A stretch of 64,000 bases of DNA from Chthoniobacteraceae bacterium (GTDB lineage Bacteria > Verrucomicrobiota > Verrucomicrobiia > Chthoniobacterales > Chthoniobacteraceae). The position numbers and the translations under genes are program-made. Below the pieces are notes generated by a model. It saw only the letters and a program-made list of their open reading frames with translations. It had not been told where the DNA came from and did not search any database. This document shows positions 50,088-59,423 of this stretch, in pieces. The stretch spans positions 21,375 to 85,374 of the forward strand of contig JBBCKI010000070.1 of assembly GCA_037190965.1 (NCBI GenBank). The letters are read 5' to 3'. Every line of letters begins with the position of its first letter. Position 1 is the first letter of the stretch.

Positions 50088-51791
50088 ATGTTTTTCTCCC
50101 CCATTACCGAGCGCTCGCTCAAGGTGCGCGCCTTCTATCTGGCCTGCTATGCTCTGCTGGCGGTTGGCACCCTTACGATGGTGGTTCCGTTTATCATTAT
50201 GCTCGGGGGCTCCCTGGAACCGGGGCGGCACCTCTCCGCTTCCGGAGTCCTCCCGGTTTATCTGTTTGATGATCACGCCTTGTGGAAGCGTTACGTGGCG
50301 TCGAAATACAGAAACAAAACCGAGCTTCTCAAAATGGCTTGGGACAATGCCGACGCTGACTTTATGCGGCTTCCCGAGGTGAAGCAGGCTGATCCGGCTG
50401 GCCTCCCTGATGTGAACTTGTGGCAGGAGTGGAGGGCGCAAGCCTCCGTTCCGGAACATCTCTTCGGGCTGGGGTTCAGCGACAGCGTCGCAACGATTCC
50501 CTACTTCAACAACCGGGAGTTCCGTCTCTGGATGGCGCAGCGATACGAGACTATTGAAGCGCTGAACCGGGAACTTGGTTCAAGCTTCCGGTCATTCAGT
50601 GTCGTTCGTCCGCCAAATATTTCATTCACGGGCGCTCCCCTGAATATCACCCCGTTCGTCGAACGGTTTCTGGAATTCAGCGAGACCGTTTCCGAGAGAC
50701 GAAAGTTCATCTGGGACGCAGGGGCCTACTATCGTTCGGTATTCCTTCCGGCCACCGTCGGGCAGAGCATCGCGGAGTTCAACGCGAAGTATGAAACAAA
50801 CTATGCAAGCTATGCAGAAATCCCTTTCGATGCCACCGCGCCGGAAGTTGCCCCGGAGGCGTGGGCGACCTTTGTAACGAAGCTGCTGCGTCCCGACTTG
50901 GTTGAGTTCACCCCAACCGGCAAGGAACGGTTCGAAGCCTCGGGCGGGACCCGGGGCGATTTTATTCGAATGAAGGCAGAGCCGGGTGACTTGCGGGTGG
51001 TGACTTTGGATCGGCAGTTCGCCGCCTGGGCGCGGCAAAAACATGGGGTCAGCGATGCGAGGATTCCGCAACTGGCGTTGGATTTCAAAGCATTCGAGGC
51101 GGAGAAGTCATTCTGGAAGCGAACGTTCTTCAAACAGAACTATCAATACGTGCTCGATGAGATCCTCCTGAAAGGCCGGGCGATGCGGAACACCGCCATC
51201 CTGGTAACCCTGATGGTCGCGGGCACTCTGTTGGTCAACCCTTTGGCCGCGTATGCCCTCTCCCGGTTCAAGCTGCGGCAGTCGTACGCCATTCTTCTTT
51301 TCTTCCTCGCTACCCTGTCATTTCCGGCGGAAGTGACGATGATCCCGGTATTTCTTCAATTGAAGGAGCTGAATCTTCTCAATACCTTCGGCGCTCTCGT
51401 ATTGCCGGGGCTCGCCAACGGGTTCTCCATCTTTCTTCTGAAGGGCTTCTTCGACAGCCTGCCCAAGGAGCTTTATGAAGCTGCTGAAATCGATGGAGCC
51501 AGCGAGTGGACGATGTTCTGGCACATCGCGATGAACCTTTCCAAACCGATCCTCGCGGTCAACGTACTGGCCGCGTTTGTCTCGGCCTATGGAGCGTTCT
51601 TCTATGCGCTCATTCTCGCGCCGGATCCGAAGATGTGGACGATCATGGTTTACATCTACCAACTCCAACAGAGCGCCGATACCCCGGTGGTCTACGCGTC
51701 CTTGATTCTCGTGGCGATTCCCACCCTCTTGATCTTCATCTTTTGCCAGAAGATTATTCTGCGAGGGATCGTGGTTCCCTCGGATAAATAG
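50088..51791 (+). CDS. MalG-type carbohydrate ABC permease with large extracytoplasmic insertion
   Basis: AAYALSRF, FFDSLPKELYEAAEIDGA; ~330-aa soluble insert after TM1. Confidence 0.88.
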   Translation: MFFSPITERSLKVRAFYLACYALLAVGTLTMVVPFIIMLGGSLEPGRHLSASGVLPVYLFDDHALWKRYVASKYRNKTELLKMAWDNADADFMRLPEVKQADPAGLPDVNLWQEWRAQASVPEHLFGLGFSDSVATIPYFNNREFRLWMAQRYETIEALNRELGSSFRSFSVVRPPNISFTGAPLNITPFVERFLEFSETVSERRKFIWDAGAYYRSVFLPATVGQSIAEFNAKYETNYASYAEIPFDATAPEVAPEAWATFVTKLLRPDLVEFTPTGKERFEASGGTRGDFIRMKAEPGDLRVVTLDRQFAAWARQKHGVSDARIPQLALDFKAFEAEKSFWKRTFFKQNYQYVLDEILLKGRAMRNTAILVTLMVAGTLLVNPLAAYALSRFKLRQSYAILLFFLATLSFPAEVTMIPVFLQLKELNLLNTFGALVLPGLANGFSIFLLKGFFDSLPKELYEAAEIDGASEWTMFWHIAMNLSKPILAVNVLAAFVSAYGAFFYALILAPDPKMWTIMVYIYQLQQSADTPVVYASLILVAIPTLLIFIFCQKIILRGIVVPSDK

Positions 51792-51845
51792 GATCTTCGC
51801 CAAAGCGTCTCGTGTGATCAAACGCGTGACTGGAGGATGGGCGAG

Positions 51846-52005
51846 GTAGCCCGCTCTCGCCGAGAGCGCGGGATGGGTTTACGAGTCGCGCTTTGACGTC
51901 CATCCCCGCAGGACGGGCGGCTGGTACTGGGATACGGCCTTCATGAAACCACGGAGCCGAACCCCGCGCTCGACGGCGCGAGCGGGCTACCGGTGCTACC
52001 GCACC
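51846..52005 (-). repeat. GTAG-type REP doublet (REPIN-like), copy 3, inverted
   Basis: Reverse complement aligns with copies 1 and 2 including the spacer; lies between convergent genes. Confidence 0.88.
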
Positions 52006-52047
52006 ATTCCCGTCATGCACTCCATCTGATCTGCCACCGACTTGGCG

Positions 52048-53256
52048 CTATGAGGCGACGAGTTCCGACTGATTGCCCAAATATCGCTTCAAGGAAGCGA
52101 GATTCCGGCGTTTCGGATGGCCGTCCGTATCCATGACCGGTTTGCCATCGGCATCGATGACAAACCCGCTCTCAAAGTAGGTCAGCAGAAACTTCTCTTC
52201 AAAAAAGAGCAGGCTGATATAGCAATAGTTCTTCGACTGATCGGGCTCAACATGAGGCAGACGAATCCAGCTCTCTCCCTCGTCGGGAGAGAGCGCAGCG
52301 GAAAGTGGTGTCCGGTTCTGAAAGCCGGGTTCGCCAAATCCGACGACGCCGCGATCATTGTAGAACATCACGAGAGCGCCGCTCGCCGGAACCCGTTTGA
52401 TCGTTTGGGGCGAGCAGCTCACATTGAAACCGGGGATCGCCCGAAACTCGTCGCCACAGGCGTCGACGTCATCAAGGATCGAGTAAAAGATATGGGAAAG
52501 GCTGCGCACCCAGAGCCATAGTTTCCCATTCGCCAACTCGAGCACACCGGGCTCCTGGAAGACATCGTATTGTTCCTCAACGGCTCTCTTTTCCACCGCC
52601 GCCATCAACTCTGGGCGCAGAGGTTGCGGCAGGCTGAAATTCTTCTTTTCAAACCGGCGCGTTGTGTCCGGGCGTTTCCATGACTGGCCGCCATCTCTGG
52701 AATAGAAAATCCCAATCGAACCGTTGACCCACTCCTTGAGAAGCTCCTTGTCGTCCCCATCTTCGGGGATGTCGCGATGCCGAGCGTACGGAAGGACGAT
52801 CGTCCCGTCCCGCAATTGTACCAACCGGTCGTTGTTAACCACGTAATATTCCCGGTCGAAATCGATCGGTTGCTTCGCGCTCCAGGTGGCACCCTCGTCG
52901 TCGCTGGTCGTCCAGTAAGGGATGCAATGGGTCTTTGCCCATTTGACATTGTAGACGCACCCGATCCTTCCATCGCTCAAACGGAGCAAGGAGGGCGAAC
53001 AGACATTCAGGGCATCCTCGGGTGGCCTGAATGCAACCCGAGGAGGCGACCACGTTTTTCCGCTATCAAAGGACCGTCTCTCGAAGATTTCTGCATGGGA
53101 ATGATCGCGGTTCCCACTGGTCCGATAAGCCGAATACATCAGCAATAGGCCGCCGTCCTTCAGTTGCACCACAGAACTTTCGCCGGAGCGGAGGCCGTCA
53201 TAGCGGTGGTCTTCAATTAAGGCGTACCGGTTTGACGCCGGAGTGTCAGTCATCAT
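52048..53256 (-). CDS. BNR/Asp-box (sialidase-like) beta-propeller protein
   Basis: Asp boxes SFDSGKTW, SDDEGATW, SRDGGQSW, SPDEGESW. Confidence 0.87.
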   Translation of the reverse strand: MMTDTPASNRYALIEDHRYDGLRSGESSVVQLKDGGLLLMYSAYRTSGNRDHSHAEIFERRSFDSGKTWSPPRVAFRPPEDALNVCSPSLLRLSDGRIGCVYNVKWAKTHCIPYWTTSDDEGATWSAKQPIDFDREYYVVNNDRLVQLRDGTIVLPYARHRDIPEDGDDKELLKEWVNGSIGIFYSRDGGQSWKRPDTTRRFEKKNFSLPQPLRPELMAAVEKRAVEEQYDVFQEPGVLELANGKLWLWVRSLSHIFYSILDDVDACGDEFRAIPGFNVSCSPQTIKRVPASGALVMFYNDRGVVGFGEPGFQNRTPLSAALSPDEGESWIRLPHVEPDQSKNYCYISLLFFEEKFLLTYFESGFVIDADGKPVMDTDGHPKRRNLASLKRYLGNQSELVAS

Positions 53257-54003
53257 TTATCGTGTCTCGGTAAGATCTCCCTCCGGGGTCCAGCGAACAT
53301 TCTCGGGGGGCGAGGTCGAGAGGCCTTCAACCACCCGTCGCCGGGGTGACACGCTCCCATCGAGGAAGAGGATATTGATCCTCTCATTATGACGGAACGA
53401 AAGAAAGGCGTTGTTCCCGCGGAATACGATGGTGTTATTGCGACCCTGCCCTGTCTGGGGGACGTAGCTGTGCTCCGGCGTCGAACTGCTGAGTTGTAAA
53501 TCGGCAAGAACAACCACCGTGGATAGATTGGCGCTTCCTGCGAGTCTGACGCCGGGGCTGGTCTCCGATTTGCCGAGATTGACGTTGTAGGTATAGCTCA
53601 AGGGCACCACTGCCTTGTTGGCATAGCTGGGATCCGGCTCGCTGTTGGGACAAAAGAAGAGGGTATCTTTTTGAGCGGTCTTCGCGACGGCGCTCCTCAC
53701 CGCAATATAAGGCGTGATCTGAGCATCCCATTGTTTCCCCTTGCCATCCTGGTCATCCGAGGACGCCGCCGTGGCATCTCCCGCAATCATGGGGAGTTGC
53801 CCGTTATTATCAGCCGCGTAGAGGTAAAAGGCAGCACCCATCTGCCGCAGGTTCGAGATGCATCTGACCGAAGTGGCGTTGCCTCTGATGCCTTTCAGCG
53901 CAGGACCGAAGATCAGCGCGACAAGGACAACCAGAATGCCGATCGCCACCAAACATTCAATGAGGGTAAAAGCGGCGCGCTTTTTCTGAATGCCTGGTTT
54001 CAT
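53257..54003 (-). CDS. Prepilin-type N-terminal / H-X9-DG C-terminal protein (DUF1559-like)
   Basis: AAFTLIECLVAIGILVVLVALI, CISNLRQMG, FFCP, RHNERINILFLDG. Confidence 0.9.
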   Translation of the reverse strand: MKPGIQKKRAAFTLIECLVAIGILVVLVALIFGPALKGIRGNATSVRCISNLRQMGAAFYLYAADNNGQLPMIAGDATAASSDDQDGKGKQWDAQITPYIAVRSAVAKTAQKDTLFFCPNSEPDPSYANKAVVPLSYTYNVNLGKSETSPGVRLAGSANLSTVVVLADLQLSSSTPEHSYVPQTGQGRNNTIVFRGNNAFLSFRHNERINILFLDGSVSPRRRVVEGLSTSPPENVRWTPEGDLTETR

Positions 54004-54007
54004 TGGT

Positions 54008-57000
54008 TTAGTCGGCTTCGTTGACATCCTTCGGCGACTTCTTGCCACCGGTCTCCTGCTTGCTATTGAAAGAATAAGTTGTCTCGCAGCTCACTTGATC
54101 GGAGCGGAGTTTGAGACGGATCGATCCTTTGTCAACCGCTTGAAGAAATGCCACGTTATAGACCTCCCCAGGCTTGAAGCTGTAAGGCATGAACGGGCTG
54201 GCGACGATCTCTTTGCGGGCTTCCATCTTTCCCTCTTCACCAATGGCTTCCACTTCCAGAACCACGTTATCGAGGATGGAATCGGCATCCGCCGTGACCC
54301 GAAATTCAGCCACTGTGGCAATCCGATCGTCCAGGGTAACTTCCCGCACGACTTTGGGCTCGACGATCCGGACCCTTGCCGAAGCCTGGAACGGATTCTG
54401 ATTCCACTCAACGGCAGGGAAACGCTCCAGCATGGGCAAGGCCGCATCGAATGGCCCCGCAATCGTCCCCTCCAGCGGGATCGTGGAGCTGACATTAGCG
54501 ACCCCGGAATGGCTATACCCTCTCAAAAATCCGATTCGCGATGGCTTGACGCCGGAGAGTGACTTGAATGGAATCCGGATTTCGCCCTGCCAGAATCCGG
54601 CGGAGGCACCGCCATAGGTCGCTTTGAACTCGACTGGATTGGTCAGCCGCTTGTCGTAAATCTCCAACTTCCCGTTTGCCCAAGCGCCAAAGGCTGACAT
54701 GGTTGATCCGCCTTTGCTGGGAAGGTTCAGGTAAATTCGCACAAACTCCCTGTCGGCGTCCTTCAAGCCAATCTCTTCCCCCGCCACACCCCAGCATTTA
54801 AAGGAGATATAGAGGTTATTGGCGTCGGAAAGCACTTTGATTTGGGTTCGGGCATCCGCCACGAGACGTTCCGATCCGGAGATGAACCAGGCTTCCTGCG
54901 GATGAGCCTTCTTCCATTCCGGTTCATCGGCCTTGCCGTCGATAATGGGGGGCACTTGGGCGGTCACAACCGGAAGCGTCTCAACCTGAGCGAGCTGGTT
55001 CAGAACGCTCGTGGAGATGCCGCCTGATTTTTTGCCGGCTTCGATGGCAAGGGTTCGTTGATTGAGTAGATTCTCCAAAAGCGGCACGGCTCCATCGAGT
55101 GTCCACTTCGCACAATAAGGCAGAGCCTTCATTGTCGTGGGGCTTTGTTTTGCCAACACCTTCAGAATGCGACGCTCCTCCTCCAAGGTGGCGACCCCTT
55201 TTTGAATTGCGGCCAGCGCTTCCTCGAACCGATTCAGCGAGGAAAGCCTCTGGCTGCGATAGACTTCCGCTTTAATCCCTGCTGCCAGCTTTGTCGAATG
55301 GAACACTTGCCGCAGGTAAACCACGCGCGAAATGACCTCCGGATCGAACTTGACGCCGTTCTCTCCGCTCAGCTTCGCCCACGCAGCATCCATCGCCTGG
55401 GCCGCCGTTGCGGCGCGTCCTGCCTCAATGTCCATGCGAGCTTCGGTTTCATCGACGATATTCCGTTCAGGACGTCCGCCAAAAACGATATAGGGCGAGC
55501 AGTTTGCAGTGATTGCCTTGGTGATGTCCGGGGCCAATTCCTGACCGAAATAGTTTCGAACAAGGTGCGGCAGCACGACGGTGAAGGCCTTGGTAGTATG
55601 ATCCCCGGCGGCGGAATCATACATCTTCGCCCGGTCCCGCTTTCGGAACTTGTCTGCCCCGGGGGCCTTGGTGTTCCAGCTATACTCACGCATTGCGTAA
55701 GAGAGGATGGGCACATAGCCTTTATCGATGTAATTATTCTGGGTGAAGACCAGATCGCTGGAACTGCCGCTATGCAGGGACCCGAGCCACGCCGGGACAT
55801 TGCTGTAAAACTCCGCGGCGGCGAGGCCATACCACGCGAAGAGCGGCCTCCCCGGAATCAATGAGAGGAATGCTTTCAAACCCGGCTCGCCATTCTCGCC
55901 CCATGGCTCGCGTATGGCAAAAGCGACATCCCCTTTCGGAAAGGCGGCGTGGAGCTGCTTCCAAAACGAAGCATACTTTTCCCGGTATTTGCCAAGAGCA
56001 GCGGCATCGAGGTTCAGGGATTTTCGAAGATGCGCCTGAGCCTGCTCCGAGGGATCAAAAATGTCCGAATTGTACGGATAGAGAGTAAAATTGAGTTGAA
56101 GCTCAGGGTTGGCTTTCTTGAGTTCTTCGTAAAAAATTCTGAACTTGTTGATGGTGGCTGCCGCATAGTCATCTCCCCACCGTTCGCGATCCGCCTTGCC
56201 ACGCTGATTCCAGTTGGCAGGGTTCACATAGCCGCCGGTATCGGTGTCATGAAAGCCGACATCGGTGAATCCAATCTCACGAATCCACTGAGCCAACTCC
56301 CTGGCATAGGCCCGGCGCTCCTCGTCCATCGACCACGACTGGATCCAACTGCCGTACCGAGCCTTGGCTTTTACCTCCAGGAAATCCGGGTTGACGTTGG
56401 GGTGATCGGAGGCGGGACCGACAAACGGGTAGAGGTGATAGTAAAGCGAAGCGATGCCCCGCTTCTTCCCTTCTTCAATGCCCATCCGGGCGGTCTCCCT
56501 GGCATAGGGCGTCATCTCCCGGAACGCCATCTCTCCCCAGGAAAGCGGCTTGTACCAGACCATGGAGAGCTTCCGGCGCAACATGTCATCATACATCTTG
56601 GACATCTTGCCCAGGTATTTCTCCCGTGCGTCCGGATCGTTCGGCCGTTTAACAATATCAATCGGAGGCTCGGTTCCCATCGCATAGAGGTATTCGATAT
56701 CGGGCCAGTCCCTCACCTCCGCCATCCGCAGTGCCGGTTCGCCGCCAGACTGCTTTTCCAAAAGTTCCCCCACTGTCACGCAGGCATACAATGCCCCGAT
56801 CGGGTCCGCTCCCGCGAGATAGAGGGTCTTGCCGTCCTTGGTCGTCCGAATCTCATACCCGCGCGCCCCCGGATTTCCGGGGCCAACGTTGACGACTCCC
56901 TCAGCGACTGCCTTGGCAATCAGGGGATTGTCGTCCCGGGTGCCGATCACGATTTGCACTTTTCCGTCGGCATTGGTGCCGCTTGGCGAAACCGAAAGGG

Positions 57001-57256
57001 CGACACCGCCGAGATCTGCCAGGCGCTTGTTGATCCATTCAGCGCCAAACTTCGACTGCGGCGAAGCATCGGAACCGACAAGCAGGACGACGTTGGCTCC
57101 GAAAGAAAGCCGCCGCCCTGTGAGCTGGATCTCCTTTGGCATTGGGACGATCTCCAACTCTTCCCAAAGTCGTTCATTCGCGCTTTCAGAACCTCTTGCA
57201 CCCGAGGCGGAGAGGCAGATGCACAGAAAAGTCGATGCCAGTATCGAGAGTTTCAT
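54008..57256 (-). CDS. Large secreted CAZyme-like protein (GH20-domain-2-like N-terminus, CBM9-like C-terminal module)
   Basis: Signal peptide; IVPMPK...GADPIGALYA...VRDWPD; PIIDGKADEPEW...DANNLYISF. Confidence 0.7.
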   Translation of the reverse strand: MKLSILASTFLCICLSASGARGSESANERLWEELEIVPMPKEIQLTGRRLSFGANVVLLVGSDASPQSKFGAEWINKRLADLGGVALSVSPSGTNADGKVQIVIGTRDDNPLIAKAVAEGVVNVGPGNPGARGYEIRTTKDGKTLYLAGADPIGALYACVTVGELLEKQSGGEPALRMAEVRDWPDIEYLYAMGTEPPIDIVKRPNDPDAREKYLGKMSKMYDDMLRRKLSMVWYKPLSWGEMAFREMTPYARETARMGIEEGKKRGIASLYYHLYPFVGPASDHPNVNPDFLEVKAKARYGSWIQSWSMDEERRAYARELAQWIREIGFTDVGFHDTDTGGYVNPANWNQRGKADRERWGDDYAAATINKFRIFYEELKKANPELQLNFTLYPYNSDIFDPSEQAQAHLRKSLNLDAAALGKYREKYASFWKQLHAAFPKGDVAFAIREPWGENGEPGLKAFLSLIPGRPLFAWYGLAAAEFYSNVPAWLGSLHSGSSSDLVFTQNNYIDKGYVPILSYAMREYSWNTKAPGADKFRKRDRAKMYDSAAGDHTTKAFTVVLPHLVRNYFGQELAPDITKAITANCSPYIVFGGRPERNIVDETEARMDIEAGRAATAAQAMDAAWAKLSGENGVKFDPEVISRVVYLRQVFHSTKLAAGIKAEVYRSQRLSSLNRFEEALAAIQKGVATLEEERRILKVLAKQSPTTMKALPYCAKWTLDGAVPLLENLLNQRTLAIEAGKKSGGISTSVLNQLAQVETLPVVTAQVPPIIDGKADEPEWKKAHPQEAWFISGSERLVADARTQIKVLSDANNLYISFKCWGVAGEEIGLKDADREFVRIYLNLPSKGGSTMSAFGAWANGKLEIYDKRLTNPVEFKATYGGASAGFWQGEIRIPFKSLSGVKPSRIGFLRGYSHSGVANVSSTIPLEGTIAGPFDAALPMLERFPAVEWNQNPFQASARVRIVEPKVVREVTLDDRIATVAEFRVTADADSILDNVVLEVEAIGEEGKMEARKEIVASPFMPYSFKPGEVYNVAFLQAVDKGSIRLKLRSDQVSCETTYSFNSKQETGGKKSPKDVNEAD

Positions 57257-57284
57257 TCTTTTTTCCAATGTTCAGCCAGATCTC

Positions 57285-57923
57285 CTAGGATCCAGCCGGA
57301 TCGGCCTTTTCATTCGTCCAACGGATGAAATCGAGGCTCCACGAACGGGTTGAAGGAGCTTGCGAGGCCTTGAAAGTTCCAAACAAAAGAGAAGGAGACT
57401 CCGTCGACGGAGCGCCCGCCACCTCTGAGGCAATGACGCCCGATTTCTCCGTGCTGATTTGCATTTTGCCGTCCTTGATGACGATCCGGTAGGTATCCCA
57501 GTCATCGGTGATCACCGGCTTCCCGTTGCATTTTCCGGGGAGGAAGGAGGCGCGCCAGAGCTGCGTCCCATCCGCAACCTGGACTCGAAAGACCTCATCT
57601 TCCGGAGAGTCGGACTCGCACTTGATCCGGAACTCGACGGTCGCCATCCCGGAGCTCATATCCCATACGCCGGAACTTTCGGTAGCACTTTTGGAGCGCT
57701 TTCCCAGGGAATAAAAGTGCCGTTTGCCCGCGCCGGTGCTTCGGGCGATGAGCACCCCCGCGGCGATTTCCGCCTCAGCGCCGTTCCCATGAGAACTCCA
57801 GCGCGGAGCAGCCTCCTCCGGCCGCTCATCGGCATGATAGGAATGCGCAAATTCCAGGTCACGGGCAAGCGGAGAGACAGCCATGACTAACACGCTGGCA
57901 AATAGAGAAAGGACGGAAGGCAT
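57285..57923 (-). CDS. Secreted hypothetical protein (possible beta-sandwich/lectin-like fold)
   Basis: Signal peptide; beta-rich pattern WDTYRIVI...WSLDFIRW. Confidence 0.65.
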   Translation of the reverse strand: MPSVLSLFASVLVMAVSPLARDLEFAHSYHADERPEEAAPRWSSHGNGAEAEIAAGVLIARSTGAGKRHFYSLGKRSKSATESSGVWDMSSGMATVEFRIKCESDSPEDEVFRVQVADGTQLWRASFLPGKCNGKPVITDDWDTYRIVIKDGKMQISTEKSGVIASEVAGAPSTESPSLLFGTFKASQAPSTRSWSLDFIRWTNEKADPAGS

Positions 57924-58055
57924 GTCGTTGGGAGGTCAGGGATGGATGCAGAGCCAAAGCGAACAACCTTGGTTGGCTTGGGCTCTGCCTCGGGGGTGGG
58001 TTCTTCAGCGGGTTCATGTTCCATCATCAAGCCCCTCTCTTCAACCCGATAGAAG

Positions 58056-58074
58056 TGGTTCCCCAAGCAAACCA
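58056..58074. promoter_or_regulatory. Candidate operator TGGTTY-N7-ARACCA, copy C
   Basis: TGGTTCCCCAAGCAAACCA upstream of the 57923 operon. Confidence 0.58.
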
Positions 58075-58311
58075 CCTGCCCTCGCGTGACGCGGCGAGCC
58101 TGCCTGCATCGATCCGGTGGGGTGCATGCTTCCCTCGTTCCCAAACTCTGTTTGGGAATGCCCGTGTCTTCGAAACTCCAGTTTCGCAACTCTGTCCGTT
58201 CCGGCACCCTACACGAGATGACGAAGCTTTCGAATCAGAGATTCGACGACAATTGCATTACCAATCTGGAGATTGGTAACGAGGAAATACCACCTGCCCT
58301 CGCGTGACGCG
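58071..58311. repeat. CGTT-type REP doublet flanked by 23-bp direct repeats
   Basis: CCTCGTTCCCAAACTCTGTTTGGGAATGC (58133-58161) inverted with GCATTACCAATCTGGAGATTGGTAACGAGG (58255-58284); direct repeat ACCACCTGCCCTCGCGTGACGCG at 58071-58093 and 58289-58311. Confidence 0.75.
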
Positions 58312-58337
58312 CCGATCCGAGGGGTTGAGCGCCCGAT

Positions 58338-59411
58338 CTAACAAATACGCGGAAGCTGTTCTCCGGAGAGCATATCCACAACGCGTGTACCGCCGACGCG
58401 CGTTTTCATCATGACGAATCCGGGGTGATCGTCGGTCACTTCGCCAATGATGGCAGACTCCCGACCCAGCGGGTGCGCCCGCATCGCGGCAAGAACTGCG
58501 GCTGCCGCCTCGCCGGGGACGATGGCCAGCAGCTTGCCTTCGTTGGCAACATAGAGCGGATCAAGGCCGAGAATTTCGCAGACGCTTTTGACCTCCTCGT
58601 TGATGGGGATCGCGGCTTCATCAAGCCGGATGCCCGCGCACGCGCTCTGCGCGATCTCGGTGAGCGCGCTTGTGACGCCGCCGCGAGTCGGGTCACGCAA
58701 GACATGGAGATCCGCGCCAGTTTCCAGAATGGCTTCGACGAGGCCGTTCAGAGGCGCGGTGTCGCTGGCCAGTGTGCTTTCAAATTCCATTCCCTCGCGC
58801 ACACACAGGATGGCAATGCCATGCGCGGCAATCGGCCCGCTCACAATCACCTTGTCTCCCGCCGTGGCGCGCGCGGGTTGAATGTTCACTCCGCCCGGCA
58901 CAACACCGATGCCCGAGACATTGATGAAGAGCTTGTCGGCCTTGCCTCGATCGACCACTTTCGTGTCGCCGGTGACTAACAGTACCTTTGCGGCGTCCGC
59001 CGCTTCCCGCATCGACTGCACGATGCGCCGGAAATCCTCCACCGGCATCCCCTCTTCCAGGATGAATGCCACCGAGAGGTAGAGCGGCCGCGCTCCGCAC
59101 ATGGCGAGATCGTTCACAGTGCCGTGGATGGCGAGTTTGCCGATGTCGCCTCCCGGGAAAAAGAGAGGGCTTACGACATAAGAGTCCGTACTGAAGGCGA
59201 TTCTCGAGTTCCCCACACTCAGTATTGCACCATCGTGAAGCGGCGCGAGAAGGTCGTTGCAGAACTGCGGCAGCACGATCTCCTGGATCAGCCGCTGGCT
59301 CAATCTTCCGCCGCCCCCGTGCGCGAGGACGATCGCCTCGTAAGTCGTCATGGGAAGCGGACAGGTGGCGGTGGAAAAATCGGGGTTCGCGCTTTCAGGA
59401 ACAGGAGGCAT
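58338..59411 (-). CDS. hypE: Hydrogenase maturation protein HypE
   Basis: AHGGGG, TDSYVV, GTVNDLA, RDPTRGG, C-terminal PRIC. Confidence 0.97.
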   Translation of the reverse strand: MPPVPESANPDFSTATCPLPMTTYEAIVLAHGGGGRLSQRLIQEIVLPQFCNDLLAPLHDGAILSVGNSRIAFSTDSYVVSPLFFPGGDIGKLAIHGTVNDLAMCGARPLYLSVAFILEEGMPVEDFRRIVQSMREAADAAKVLLVTGDTKVVDRGKADKLFINVSGIGVVPGGVNIQPARATAGDKVIVSGPIAAHGIAILCVREGMEFESTLASDTAPLNGLVEAILETGADLHVLRDPTRGGVTSALTEIAQSACAGIRLDEAAIPINEEVKSVCEILGLDPLYVANEGKLLAIVPGEAAAAVLAAMRAHPLGRESAIIGEVTDDHPGFVMMKTRVGGTRVVDMLSGEQLPRIC

Positions 59412-59423
59412 AGGAGGTCCGGC

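Noticed and set aside
58071..58311. CRISPR mini-array
   Set aside because: Only two repeats about 195 nt apart with a palindromic interior, and no cas genes.
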